A stretch of 64,000 bases of DNA from the human T2T-CHM13v2.0 reference genome, Homo sapiens, in assembly GCF_009914755.1 (NCBI RefSeq), contig NC_060931.1; one strand, given 5' to 3'. Shown here in pieces: positions 38,400-60,760 of the stretch. The stretch's first letter is position 1; each line of letters begins with the position of its first letter. The position numbers and the translations under genes were made by a program. Under the pieces are notes generated by a model, which was given only the letters and a program-made list of their open reading frames with translations, made no database searches and was not told where the DNA came from.

Positions 38400-38700
38400 G
38401 CCAGGCTTAGTGGCTCGCACCTGTAATCCCAGCACTTCGGGAGGCTGAGGCAGGTGGATCACCTGAGGTCAGGAGTTCAAGACCAGCCTGGCCAACATGG
38501 CGAGGCGCTGTCTCTACTAAAAATACAAAAATTAGCCGGGCGTGGTGGCGGGCGCTATAATCCCACCTACTCGGGAGGCTGAGGCAGTATTGCATGAACC
38601 CGGGAGGCGGGGGCTGCCATGAGATGATATTGTGCCACTGCACTCCAGCCTGGGCGACACAGCAAGACTGTCTAAAAAAAAAGAAAAGAAAAAACAAAAT
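38400..38700 (+). mobile_element. AluS
   Basis: TSD aaaatgccagaaaaa. Confidence 0.9.
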
Positions 38701-39034
38701 GCCAGAAAAAGAAAAAGAAAAGCCAAACAGTAAAAACCTTCATTGCCAAGTTTAGTATCCCATATCCCCTAGAAATTGAAAACAAGATCTATTTGAACAC
38801 TCTGCTGTAACCTAACAATCATGAAAAACGAAAACTGGTAGCTTATTTTTGTGTCATACTAAAATTGGGAAAAAATAGGTATCTTTCCCAAAGATCTGAT
38901 GATTTTATGAGAGATTTTTATGAGAAAGCTGAAATATCATAAACCAGCTGCTTAAAGCTCATAAAGCCCAAAATCATTTCATTTCAAAAAAATAATGTAC
39001 ATGGATGTCTGAAATCTTCATTAGTGTTTTCTCC

Positions 39035-39052
39035 AGTGCCCTCTAATGGCCA
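39035..39052 (-). promoter_or_regulatory. Candidate CTCF motif
   Basis: tggccattagagggcact vs consensus CCACYAGRKGGC, one core mismatch; motif only. Confidence 0.3.
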
Positions 39053-39133
39053 TAAGATGAAAAAGCAAAGAAAAATACATACCCACAAATTATCCCAAAC
39101 TCTTCACCCACTATAAACAAAGTTTTTAAATTC

Positions 39134-39438
39134 TTTTTTCTTTTTTTTTTTTTTTTTTGAGATAGGGTCTCGCTCTGTCACCCAGGCTGGAGTGCAGTGG
39201 CGTGACCTCGGCTCACTACAACCTCCGTCTCCCGGGGTCAAGCAATCCTCCCACCTTAGCCTCCTAGCAGCTGGGATTATAGGCACGCACCATCACGCCC
39301 AGCTAATTTTTGTATTTTTTGTAGAGACAGGGTTTCGTCATATTGCCCAGGCTGGTCTCGAACTCCTGAGCTCAAGCGATCCACCTGCCTAGGCTTCCCA
39401 AAGTGCTGGGATTACAGGCATGAGCCACTGCGCCCTGC
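39134..39438 (-). mobile_element. AluJb/S-like
   Basis: Antisense Alu. Confidence 0.9.
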
Positions 39439-39756
39439 TAAACAAAGCTTTTAAATAAAGCTTAACCTGGTAGAAAATACAAAAATCTCTCAATCAGCTA
39501 TCACATGCATCATTTTCAGACAATTTCACCAATGAAAATTACTCAGATTTTTAATTAAGAGTCATAACATTACACATTCACGTTGACCCAGTATATCAAT
39601 ATGGGGAATGTGTAAATGTAGGAAAACATTCATACATTTTTCAAAAGTAAGAAAGGTCTCAGACCAGTGTTAATTATAAGAGCAGAAAACTTGAAAGCAC
39701 ATCAAATGACCAACTCTAAGAAAATGTATAAGCAAATTTAAAATGTCTAAGCAAGA

Positions 39757-40398
<642 letters not shown>

Positions 40399-40464
40399 TC
40401 AAGATTATAAAGCACTTTCATATACAACAACTCTATGTTCCTCAGGAAAGGAGATTAAAGCTAG

Positions 40465-40846
<382 letters not shown>

Positions 40847-40933
40847 TCCTTGTCATTCTTAATAGCTCCTCTTCCCGGGCTTCAAAATACAAAAGCTACT
40901 AAAAATGACAAAGACCACATGGCCACATGGAAG

Positions 40934-42101
<1,168 letters not shown>

Positions 42102-42475
42102 TTAGGAAGTAAGTAACAAAATGCTAAAACAAGAGAAAGATGCTAATTTTAAATTTAGAAAATAACTATAATGTTATAGTTAGAGTATTATATTCATCAC
42201 AGTATTTTTTTAATTTTTTTTATTAATAGAGACAGAGTGTTGCTATGTTGCCGAGGCTGGTCTCAAATTCCCGGGCTCAAGCAGTCCTCCCACCTCAGGC
42301 TCCCAAAGTGCTGGGATTACAGGCAGAGCCACCACACCCAGCCTGGAATTTTTTTTTATGATAAGCTTTACAAAAGAAACCAAATAATCCAATATAAAAA
42401 TAGATGAAACACAGTGTACAATAAAGAATAAGATGTCTAGCCTTTGTCCCCAGCTCCTGGAAAATTAACCTCTAA

Positions 42476-42812
<337 letters not shown>

Positions 42813-43041
42813 AGGAATATCTTTGTTACTCATGGTGAGCCCTTCAGACTACATCTGATGTTTTATGCTAATTAGGTGTCTCATGGCGGACCCCTAGGGC
42901 AATGTGGTATCAGCCCAAAATTCAGGAGGAAGAGGGGGTGCTCAAGACTGAGCCCTACCACAGAGGCAATCAATTAATCAATCATGCCTAGCTAATGATA
43001 GCTCAATAAAAACTGGGCCAGGCACAGTGGCTGACGTCTGT

Positions 43042-43995
43042 CACCAGCTGCTGGTCTGCCCCACTGGGTCTGGCAGCCCTCCCAGGATGGGCCCACACCC
43101 TCCTCCTCCAGTCCCTGCCCAGCAGCTGCACTTGATCCCTCTGTAGTCTCTTTGCTTCTGGCTGGTAAATGATGTCAACCTGCTGCCTTGGCTGCCAGAC
43201 CCTGTACACAACTCAACTTCTGTTGTGTGACCAGTTCATGGTTTATTCTCTATTTGTCTCTCATGTCTTCCTTTTCCCCTGAAGAATCCTGTCTTCTCTT
43301 TGGCCATCTCAAATTGAAATCCTAAACTATTCCTGCAGAACTGCCTGGCTGGCACCCACAAGCAATACCTCTTGTTCCAGCACGACCAAGGGAGCCAGCC
43401 TCCAGTGAGTGACTCCAGCAAGTGCGGTCACCTCTCCCTTGAGGGTCTGGGAGCCCGGCCCCAGCAAGGGGCCCTCCTGACCTCTGGCTCTAGTGAAGCT
43501 GAATGTCCTCACTTTATGGGTCACACTCTTTCCATTTCTGTAAAGAATCTTGGCATACCTGGGGCTTACCAGTGGCCCAGGTGATTTTTGTTTCATGGAC
43601 TATGGACTGTTTCAAAGGGATCTGATCCTTTTGAATTTTGCACAGCCCTAGATATAATCTCTTTTGATAAAAGGGTCTTTGCTTCTGATTAGAGGAGCGC
43701 TATGGAACGTCTGTAAACATGTTTTTATAATCCCATGTATAATTGGTATGCACTCACATAATACCAGTCCCCAGCAGCCGCTCTTCTCTGTATAGGGCCA
43801 TAATAGGATTCCGAAGAAACCTTGGGGAGGGAGGGGGAGTTGGAACAAATGTCTATTCCCTGGAGCCCAGTCTGGCGCTCAGACCTTTAGACTCATTATA
43901 AGTTGCCACTGCCAACATGACACCAAAGTGTGTGAGTTGTCAATGCAGCGCGACAGCATTAAAGACTGATGCTAAACCTCAAAAAAAAAAAAAAA
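43042..43995 (+). pseudogene. 5'-truncated processed retrocopy consisting only of an mRNA 3'UTR (resembles the UBE2L3 3'UTR from memory)
   Basis: ~940 nt of non-repeat sequence ending in ATTAAA (43958), 17 nt, then A15; it interrupts a MER21 LTR. Parent identity is recalled, not verified. Confidence 0.7.
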
Positions 43996-44059
43996 GGAAA
44001 TATCAAAACTATTCTGACCTGAGGACAATGGGAGCCTTGGACTTAAAAACAATAGAACA

Positions 44060-44399
<340 letters not shown>

Positions 44400-44611
44400 T
44401 TAGCTGATTTTCTGTATCCTTTCCTCTATACCCTTGAGTATAAAAGCTTTCAGGGAGCTCTGTGCGTTTTTCTAGCAAATTATCAACCTGAGGATGGTCT
44501 AAGGACCGCAACAAATCTGTAGCTGGTGTCAAAAATGGGAGCAGTCTTGGAGACTGTGGTCTCAAACCTTGCAGTTTGTCTAATTTCAGGCAGACAGAAA
44601 GAAATGATTCA

Positions 44612-45600
<989 letters not shown>

Positions 45601-45620
45601 CAGGGTTTTAAATTAAAGGA

Positions 45621-45926
<306 letters not shown>

Positions 45927-46028
45927 TTAATTAATTAAATGAAACTACAAAGAGAGGATCAGATCAAGTTAAAAATTTTCGAAGAAATATCTGAGAAACA
46001 GTTTTACAACATTAAAAATGGCTCCCCT

Positions 46029-46335
46029 GGCCGGGAACGGTGGCTCACGCCTGTAATCCCAGCACTTTGGGAGGCCGAGGTGGGCAGATCACAAGGTCAG
46101 GAGTTCAAGACCAGCCTGGCCAAGATGGTGAAACCCCGTCTCTACTAAATCTCTACTAAACATACAAAAATTAGCCAGGCATGGTTGCAGGCGCCTGTAA
46201 TCCCAGCTACTCGGGAGGCTGAGGCAGAGAATTGCTTGAATCCCAGAGACGGAGGTCGTATTGAGCCAAGATCACACCACTGCACTCCAGCCTTGGCGAC
46301 AGAACGAGACTCCGTCTCAAAAAAAAAAAAAAAAA
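46029..46335 (+). mobile_element. AluSg-like
   Basis: Alu dimer. Confidence 0.9.
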
Positions 46336-46837
46336 TGCTCCCGCAGATCACAGAGATGAAAGAGTAGAGAGCATGGAGGTAATGAGAGAGGGTTTTTGAA
46401 GACTTCTCTAGAGAATGTTGGTAAGGTACTTTAAGTTCTCTCCACTCCCTCAAAAAGAGAGAGGCTAGAGGGAGCTGTCAGCCTCTTACCTCTAGCCCCA
46501 CAAGAAAACTGCCAATCCAGCCTCTCAAAGAAGTTGCGCTGTATCCCCCGCCCTCAGAGGATTACAGATTGACGTACGGCTGCTGCCTAGGAAATTCAGA
46601 AGCAAACGGATCAGCTACTTGCATTAGCAAGTGAGCACTGCTGCTGGGTAGGAATTGGCCTGTCCCCTCCAAATAAAGAACTCAGGCGTGTTCCCCTGAC
46701 AGCAGGATGGGGGCAAGGGAGATCTCAGATCTTGACCCATTGGTCAAGTAGAGCAGAGAGCAGGTGACAGACTTCAAAAGAGAAGCCAGAGGGACAGGGC
46801 ACAGAGGAGGAACTAAGCAGCCATCAGTATACTTCTT

Positions 46838-47130
46838 GGCCAGGTGCAGTGGCTCACGCCTGGAATCCCAACACTTTGGGAGGCTCAGGCAGGAGGATCG
46901 CCTGAGGTAAGGAGTTCAAGACCAGCCTGGCCAACATGGTGAAACCCCATCTCTACTAAAATCACAAAAATTAGCCGGGCGTGGTGGTACGCACCTGTAA
47001 TCGCAGCTACTCAGGAGGCTTACACAGGAGAATCGCTTGAACCTGGGAGGCAGAGGTTGCAGTGAGCTGAGATTGTGCCACTGCACCCCAGCCTGGATGA
47101 GACAGCGAGATTCTGTCTCAAAAAAAAAAA
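46838..47130 (+). mobile_element. AluS
   Basis: TSD gtatacttct. Confidence 0.9.
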
Positions 47131-47379
47131 AGGTATACTTCTCTGCTGCCGGAAAATGGGCTCAAAAAAGAAGGAAAAAGAAAGACAAAGTACACTTCTC
47201 AGCTTCTCAGAGTACATTTTGCTCAGCGCAAGGGACTTGCCAGGGAGATGGTCATGGAAGATATCTCCAAAGAAGCCATGAAAACATTCCCTGGAAAGAG
47301 AGTCAACTCAAAACACATGACTAGGAGAGTGAGCACAAAGACCTCTATGACAGCAGTGATCAAGTAACAACTTCCCCAC

Positions 47380-47683
47380 TTTTCTTTTTTTTTTTTTTTG
47401 AGACAGGGTCTAACTCCCGTCGCCCAGACTAGAGTGCAGTGACACGATCTCGGCTCACTGCAACCTCTGAATCCCAGGCTCAAGCGATTCTCCTACCTCA
47501 GCCTCCCAGTAGCTGGGATTACAGGCGCCATCACACCTGGCTAATTTTTGTTTTTGTATTTTTGGTAGAGACAGGGTTTTGCCATGTTGCCCAGGCTGGT
47601 CTCAAACCCCTGAGTTTAAGTGATCCATCCATCTCGGCCTCCCAAAGTGCTGGGATTACATGTGCAATTCAGCACGCCCGGCC
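47380..47683 (-). mobile_element. Alu
   Basis: Antisense Alu. Confidence 0.9.
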
Positions 47684-48360
47684 TCCTACTTCTGTTTATC
47701 TGTCCTGCCTCCCCCCAGCTGCTCCCAAACCCTACGGAGATCCAAAACAGCAGCTAACAAATAGGCTGGGTGACAGAGTGAGACCCTGTCTCCAAAAAAA
47801 ATAAAATAAAAATAAAACAAAAAAATCCACTGCAAATTTCCCAAAATGTCCAGACAATGGTCTTTTCTCTTTGATCCAAGACTAAAATTTACAAAATGCT
47901 TTTGGATTTTCTCATCGTCTCTTTTAATCCTAGAATGGTTATCGCCTCACCATGTTTTTTTGTTGTTATTGTTTATGATATTGACATTTACAAAGTCTAA
48001 AAGGCTTGTGGCAAATACTGGATTTGTCTCATTGTTTCCCCATGATGAGATTCAAGCTAAACATTTTTTGACGCGAAACTACAGAGATGATGTGTATGTG
48101 TCTTGCTATACATCTTATCAGCAGGAACATGGGTCACATTTTAGTAGAAATGATGATGCTAAATTTGGTTGGTTGGTGTAGGTGGGAATCACCTGATCTC
48201 TCCATTTGTAAAGGCACATTGTTCCCTCTGTAATTAGAAACTAATATGTGGGGGGTTTTCCCCACTCATTCCTCATTTCTAGTTGGTTTAGTTTGTGGGA
48301 TGATATTTTGAGACACTGAGTATCTATTCCCCAAAGACATTTCACACAATCCTTGCTTAA

Positions 48361-48699
<339 letters not shown>

Positions 48700-48792
48700 T
48701 AGGAATTGCAAACAGCTGATTTTCTAATTCTCTCATGCCTTACATAGTTAGTATCTAGAAGCCTTCTCCTACACAACACGCCTCCTGTTTGA

Positions 48793-49129
<337 letters not shown>

Positions 49130-49424
49130 TAATATAATCTATTACGTTCATTAATCTTTTTGAAGCTCAAATTGTTCCAAGTTTGGCCTGTAAGAAACCC
49201 TTCGAGTTGGTTCCTACGTCTTTTTGGCAGGTGTCCATAAGTCTCTGAGGCCCCACTTGTTCAGTAAGATGTCCCAGGGCTCATCTGTTACCCTTCTTTC
49301 ACCAGTCCTGAAACCAGCCCTTTATCATAAGGAATGCTATTCAGAAAAACAAGATCTGAGTGCTTAGTACATTGATTATTTCTGGGTCTGCGGCACAATA
49401 AAGAATATATCTGGGTCAGTCATG

Positions 49425-49741
<317 letters not shown>

Positions 49742-50084
49742 TAATAGATTCAGGATGAAAGCTGATCACCAGAAAGAAACCATGTGATTAGAGGATTAGA
49801 ATTTAGGGCCAGCCTGACCTTTGAGGAAAAGAAGTATACTGGAGATTGAGCTTAATCAACTGCCCAATGATTTAACCCAATAGTGCTTGCATGATGGGAT
49901 ACCAATAAAAACCCTGGACACTGAAGCTCAGTGGGGCTTCCTGGTTGAGGAACACACTGATGTGCCTGGATTCCAAGAGGACAGGACACAGAAGCTCTGT
50001 GTCTCTCCCTCATGCCCACTCCCCAGAGTATCTCTTCCATTTGACCGTTTCTGATCTGTGGCCTTTATAATAAAACTGCAACCT

Positions 50085-50310
50085 AGATCAGCCTGGGCAA
50101 CATGGTGAGACCTTGTCTCTAGAAAGAAATTTAAAATGACCTTTGCATGGTGGTGTATGTCCATAGTCCCAGCTACTCAGGAGGCCAAGATGGGAGGATC
50201 CCTTGAGCCCAGGAGTTCAAGGTTGCAGTGAGCTGTGATCACACCACTGCACTTCAGTCTGGATGAAGGAGTGAGACCCTGTCTCAAAAACATCAAAAAA
50301 CAAAAAACAA
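50085..50310 (+). mobile_element. 5'-truncated AluJ
   Basis: Starts mid left arm. Confidence 0.85.
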
Positions 50311-50569
50311 ACCTGCAATCTTAACTATAGTGCTTTCAGGGAGTTCTGTGAGTCATTCCAGCAGAAAAGTAGGTAGCCGTGAGACTTCCAGCAGGTATCT
50401 GAAGTCAGGGCAGTCTTCTATAGGACTCTGCCCTAAACCTGTCCAGTCAGACACTAACTCTGGGTAGGACATATCAGAATTGAATTGAACTACAGGATAC
50501 CCATTTGGTGCCACAGATCGATGTCAGAACATGCAAAGTCTTTCAGTGAACCCAGCTAGAAAATACTAT

Positions 50570-50570
<1 letters not shown>

Positions 50571-50607
<37 letters not shown>

Positions 50608-50618
50608 GCACACACACA
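50571..50618. repeat. (TA)n(CA)n compound microsatellite
   Basis: Read directly. Confidence 0.95.
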
Positions 50619-50692
50619 TATATACATGCATATTTAAACTAAGTTTGCAAATATAAATGCACATTTTTTTAAATCTTAAGTCCGTCTCAGCC

Positions 50693-51023
<331 letters not shown>

Positions 51024-51441
51024 TTAATGCATATCAATCCACCATAGTATTATTCAGAGCCACACAACAATATTCCATTGTGTGGATATACCATGCTTTT
51101 TTCAACCAGTATTCGACAGAGTTGTTTGCTATGTATGCTGCAATGCATAAGCCTGTGGAAATGCTGTTTTGCATTAATGAAGCTGTATCTTTAAGGCAAA
51201 TTCATACAACTGGGCCTGCTGGATCATGGATAAATGCATATGTGATTTTGGTAAAAACTGTCAAAAGCCCTTCCATACAGGCTAGACCATCCTGGACTCC
51301 CACCTGCAAGGTATGAGTGCCTGTTTACTCAGAGCCTCGCCTAACTGAGTATGTCATCCAGCTTTGGAGTTTTGTTATTATATTCTGAAAGGTGAGAAAT
51401 GTTTATCAGTGTAGTTTTCATTTGTATTTCTCTTATTATGA

Positions 51442-52330
<889 letters not shown>

Positions 52331-52438
52331 CAGGTCTGCCTTTTTTTTAAAAGAGTTCATTGTATAGTAAAAAGATTAACACCTTGTCTGAGATATAAGG
52401 GGCAAATAGTTCCTCCTGTTTTGCCTTTTGATTTTCCT

Positions 52439-52678
52439 TATGGCCATATAAAACACTTTAAAGTCATTCATAAATTTAATATTTTTTTATTGCTTCTAGA
52501 TTTTGAATCATACAGAAAAGCTTTCTCCAGGTTATACAATAATCCATCTGATTCTACTATGGCCATGTAAAACACTTTAAAATCATTCATAAATTTAATA
52601 TTTTTTATTGCTTCTAGATTTTGAATCATATAGAAAAGCTTTCTCCAGGTTATACAATAATCCATCTGATTCTACTAT
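52439..52678. repeat. 119-bp tandem duplication
   Basis: Copies start at 52439 and 52558; 3 substitutions and 1 indel. Confidence 0.95.
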
Positions 52679-52769
52679 CTATATAATTTTTTCAACATTC
52701 AGCATTTAGCTCGCTCATCCATTTGGAAATTATTCTGACATATATACAAGCTAACAGATGTTTCACATC

Positions 52770-53069
52770 TTTTTTTTTTTTTTTGAAACAAGGTCTCCCA
52801 ATGTCATGCAGGCCGGGGTGCCGTGACATGATCACAGCTCACTGCAGCCTCAAACTCCCAGGTCCAAGCAATCCTTCCACCTCAGCCTCCCAAGCAGTTG
52901 TGACTACGGGCACATGCCACTACATCTAGCTAATTTTTTTTATTTCTTGTAGAGATGGGGTTTCACTATGTTGCTGAGCCTGGTCCCAAACTTCTGGCCT
53001 CAAGAAATCCTCCCATCACGTCAGCCTCCCAAAGTGCTGGGATTACAGGGTGAGCCACCGCACTCAGCC
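52770..53069 (-). mobile_element. AluJ
   Basis: Antisense Alu. Confidence 0.9.
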
Positions 53070-53597
53070 AACATAATTTATTTTTAGAGTCCCTTTTAAA
53101 CTCCAGGTCTTCAGAGTCCACTTTTAATATATATGAAATTCCTACATATTCTTAGAATTTTATTCTGTTGCAAGGGTCTTTGTCTCATCATGAGCCAGTA
53201 CTACAGTTTTAATTAGAGATACCTTGTGGTATGTTTCAATATGTGGGAGTCTTGACAGAGCAAGACTCGAAAAGTCAAAAAAAAAAAAAAAAAGGCAGAC
53301 CTGGCTGGGTGTGGCGGCTCATCCTTCTCATCACTACTTTCACCAGGGTTTTCATAACTATTATTCCATGTTTATTTTTTCCACATGACTAGATCAATCT
53401 AGATCTAGGAGGCTAGAGGACCTACTAGAATTTTTATTGGGATTCCATCAAACTTATATATTAAGAGAACTGACATGTTTACCATTGAGTCACTCTACCT
53501 AAAACAAGGAATGTCTTTCCATTTGTTCGAGTCCACTTTGATATCATTCAGGAATGTTTTAAAGTTTTCCAACGTAGGTTTAAGACATTTCTTTTTA

Positions 53598-53939
<342 letters not shown>

Positions 53940-54526
53940 TTATGTAGCTAGTCTAAATGAGGTGTTCTCTTTTACTATAGCTTCTAACTGGTTATTGTTT
54001 GGAAATATAAAGTCTATTGACTTTCTACATTGTGATATCCTGCTAACCTTACTGAGTTCATTTGAATTTGTATAGGTTTTAGCATTGATTTTCTTGGATT
54101 TTCTAGTAGCTTTTTTTTTTTAAGGCTTATGGACTACATATAATTTTAATTTAGGGGAGTCTCATTTTCCAAAACTCACAGTTAAATTGAGGCTGTTATT
54201 TTTATAGTATAGTATGTACAATACTACTTCAATTTTAGATCACTGGAATCTGCATGAAATCCTACTGCATTGTACATTCTCACATTCATCTAGTCACTGA
54301 AACAGTCACATCCCAGATTGGTATTTCCTGGATTCCTAGGGGCCCCACTCATGCTGATCTCCACACCCACAGACCAGGCTGCCATCCTTAAGCCCCAACA
54401 CCACTTAGTCTATACAGCAGAGAAGCAAATTTACACTGGAGTTTCACTTGGAATCTCAACCATAATAAATCCTATCATGCTGTTCATCTTCAAATAGCCC
54501 TGAATAAAATCTTTCTAACCATCTAC

Positions 54527-54716
54527 AACAAGCTTGTCCAACCCACAGCCCACTGGCCCAACACAAATTTATAAGCTTTCTTAAAACATTATGAGATGTA
54601 TTTTGCGATTTTTTTTTTTTTAGCTCATCAGCTATCATTAGTGTATTTTATGTGTGGCCCAAGACATTTTTTCTACCAATGTGGCCCACGAAAGCCAAAA
54701 GATTGGACACCCCCGA
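54527..54716. mobile_element. MER30-like hAT DNA transposon
   Basis: caagcttgtccaacc...gccaaaagattggacaccccc. Confidence 0.75.
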
Positions 54717-54965
54717 TCTACAATGTCCTCAGTCCTTGTTCTCAAATCTCCTGCTTATCCTCTGATGAGCTGACTTTCACAGGCGTGAGAGGGGAGATGC
54801 TCACCACGCTCATGAAAAATGGCAAAAAAATTATAAAACTCTCAAGACAGAAGCTAGAGAAATGAAACTCCTCTGTGAGCTCAGATGGACTACACAGTAA
54901 TAAAGAAATACTAAATGTTAACCAACTGCGGGAGCCAAGTGCAACATTTCCCAAAGTAATGGTAC

Positions 54966-55088
54966 CTTTTCTTTCTTCACGTGATCCATAATTTTGCCCA
55001 AATCTTCAACATCAACAATGGAATTTAGGCTCTGATGGTCCTCACCACCAAACTCTTCTTCACTGGAGCTCTCGAAGGGTTCTTCCTC
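54966..55088 (-). CDS. TYW1B: TYW1-family (most likely TYW1B) internal coding exon, 123 nt, phase 0-0: [41 protein letters not shown]
   Basis: Acceptor tttctcttccag|GAG and donor AAG|gtacca on the minus strand. The peptide matches the recalled human TYW1/TYW1B linker between the flavodoxin and radical-SAM domains and joins in frame to the exon at 30095. Paralog choice inferred from the damaged exon at 24.1 kb. Confidence 0.88.
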
Positions 55089-55165
55089 CTGGAAGAGAAA
55101 TGCTTCAGAAATACATTGTTCAAAGGGGCAAAGGCAAAGTTCTCTCACCCTCCCTCCCACACTGA

Positions 55166-55795
<630 letters not shown>

Positions 55796-56145
55796 GAAAT
55801 AAATCTTAAGTCTTTAGCATCAGACTAACAACTGTGAAAGGGCACGACGGAGTGGGAACAACTAACACTTCACCTGCCCTCTCACGTCACAGTGACATGA
55901 GCTGGGCTCAGGGGAACGAGACACATGCCAAGCAGAAGTAGAGGAAATGTGACATCACTGGGAAGACACATTTGCTGAGTATCTACTACGTACCCCAACA
56001 CAATGTTCATATACCCATTCATTTCATCCTTAACTACTTATGATGTAGACAGGTTCAACATCATCTCATAGATGAGGAAATTAAAGGTAGAGAAGTTAAG
56101 AAATCACGGCTAATACGTGGCAGCCTTCATCCCTTTCTCCAATGA

Positions 56146-56894
<749 letters not shown>

Positions 56895-57083
56895 TCAATA
56901 ACCATATGCTGGCCAATATGCCCCACAGTATAGCAGAGAGATGTCATATAATCAGATGCTGCTGATCAAGTGTTCAATACAAAATAAAACAGCCCCTCTT
57001 AGGCGAGGTCATGCCTGTCCTGCGCCAGATGATAGGATTATCACGGACAGCTATGACAATACATAAATGAATGAGCATGGCTA

Positions 57084-57405
<322 letters not shown>

Positions 57406-58233
57406 CAGGCAATAAGCTGGATCTGGCCAGTGAGCCTGTTTGCTGATCCCTGTCCTAGACTCTCCTTGATAACTTCTCCTTAGACTCAAGTTTCTAATGG
57501 AAAGACTCATGTTGAGAATTTACTTTTTCCAAAAGGAACCTATTTCGTCTTCACATCAAATCAAATCAAAACTGCTAACTTGGTTCTGCGACCTTGGGAA
57601 ACTTCAAAAGTTATCTTGAACACTGCATATACTCATGGTAGCCAGTACTGCTTGAAAATTAATTCGACACATTCCCCTGGTCCTCACAAAGATGCCAATC
57701 CAGTAAGAGACACACAGATACTACATCAAAAGGGGCAATGCTTTAATGAAAGGGTTTAGGAATACGAAAAGGAGCCATGCAGTGGGCTCCAAATCCACGG
57801 GTGGCTGCCTGAATGAGACGATACCTGAGTCAAATGTGAAGGGTAAGTAAACAGGCCTGGCCAGGGAAAGACATGTGGGAACGCTGTTGGAAGGGGATGG
57901 GCAAAGTCACTTAGGCAAGCACCAGGAGGCATGCAGCTACTATCAGTCACTCAGAAAGTTCCAGCAGATGGAGAATAAAGCACACGACATGGGGAGAAAA
58001 TGTAGCAGAGAAAGATGTGGGCCGGACTGCAAAGGATCTTGCCTGTCCTGGAAAGAGAGAAGGAGAAGTGTCTAACATGGTCTGAACAGAGAAATAACAC
58101 AGACCTGCATTTCAATAGCTCACTCAACTGGGAAGACAGAAGGTAATTTAAGGGAAACAAGACTATAGACAAGGATAAATCTGAACAACGTACGACAATC
58201 CCCTAGGGAAGAAAAGATGTTGGCCTGAACTAA

Positions 58234-58581
<348 letters not shown>

Positions 58582-58788
58582 TTGACAAATATTTTTAGAA
58601 CCAAGGAGACCACATGGCTAGAGGCTGGAGAGGAAGAGAGAGAATAATAGGATGACGATGGAGAAATTCAAGAGTCAGATTAGGTGCTAAGGTCACACTA
58701 AGCAATGAAGTTTTTATGAAAGCAGCAATGAAAAATCACTTTTAAACAGGAGGGTAACATGGTCTGATTTGTACTTTTAAGATTACTT

Positions 58789-59365
<577 letters not shown>

Positions 59366-59531
59366 TCCCCACCCCTCGCCCCCCAAAAAGACTACTCTGA
59401 ATGATAGATGGAGAAGAGATAGAAGGACAAGATAGGTGGCTGCTGCAGTAGTCTGGTCAAGCAATATGGCTTGAACTTGCAGGTTAGCAGTAGAGATGGA
59501 GGGAATTGGACAGATGTGAAATATTTTAAGC

Positions 59532-59723
59532 CAGAGGTCTGCAAACTATGGCCAAATCCAAGCAGCCTCAGGCCAGATCTCAACATGACAATTCATTTAC
59601 ATGTCGCCTATGGCTGTTGTCTTGACACAATGGCAGACTTGACAGTTTCAACAAAAACCATGTGGCCCACAATGCTGAAAATATTGACTAACTGGCCCTT
59701 CATAGAAAGTTTGTTTACCTCTG
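59532..59723. mobile_element. MER58A-like hAT DNA transposon
   Basis: cagaggtctgcaaactatggcc...aagtttgtttacctctg terminal inverted repeats. Confidence 0.7.
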
Positions 59724-60314
59724 TTTTAGACAAAGAAGGAACCAGACTTACTTAGGAATTCAATGCAGGAATGAGGAAAAGGAAAGAATCAAGTACAGGT
59801 CTTAGGTTTCTTTTTAAGCCACTGAGATGGTGGGAGTGTTTCTTGAGATGGGAAACAAGACAGCGGAACAGAACAGAAGGGTGGAGATAAAGAGCTCCAT
59901 TTTGGATTTGTGAAGCATCAGATATACAAGAATAAATTATAAAAAGGCAGCTGCATATATGAGAAGAGAATTCAGGGTTGACCCTGCATCTGGAAATACA
60001 AATGTGGGAATAACTGGCACATGGACAATGTTTAAAGTCGTGAAACTGGATGAGATCACCCAGGAAGAAAGTGTCAATGCATAATCCAGCACCAAACCTG
60101 AATCACTCCAACATGCAGAGGCTAAACAAAGAAAAGGAAAAGACCCCAAGTAAAAAAGGAGAAACTCCATGACAATGACGTCATGAAAGTCAGGAGGATA
60201 GATTCAAAGAAGGAATCAACTATGACAAATGCTGTTGAGAAGTCAAGTAAAATAAAAACAGAAATATCCATGAGACTTGTAGATCTAAAAGGAAGAAGGT
60301 GAGACACAAAACAT

Positions 60315-60760
<446 letters not shown>

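Noticed and set aside
43236-43848. Short ORFs in the retrocopy
   Set aside because: UTR-derived; no recognisable protein.
54918-55160. ORF-track extensions beyond the exons (also 29892-30167 and 24040-24255)
   Set aside because: Only the splice-site-bounded cores match TYW1; the rest is intron read-through.
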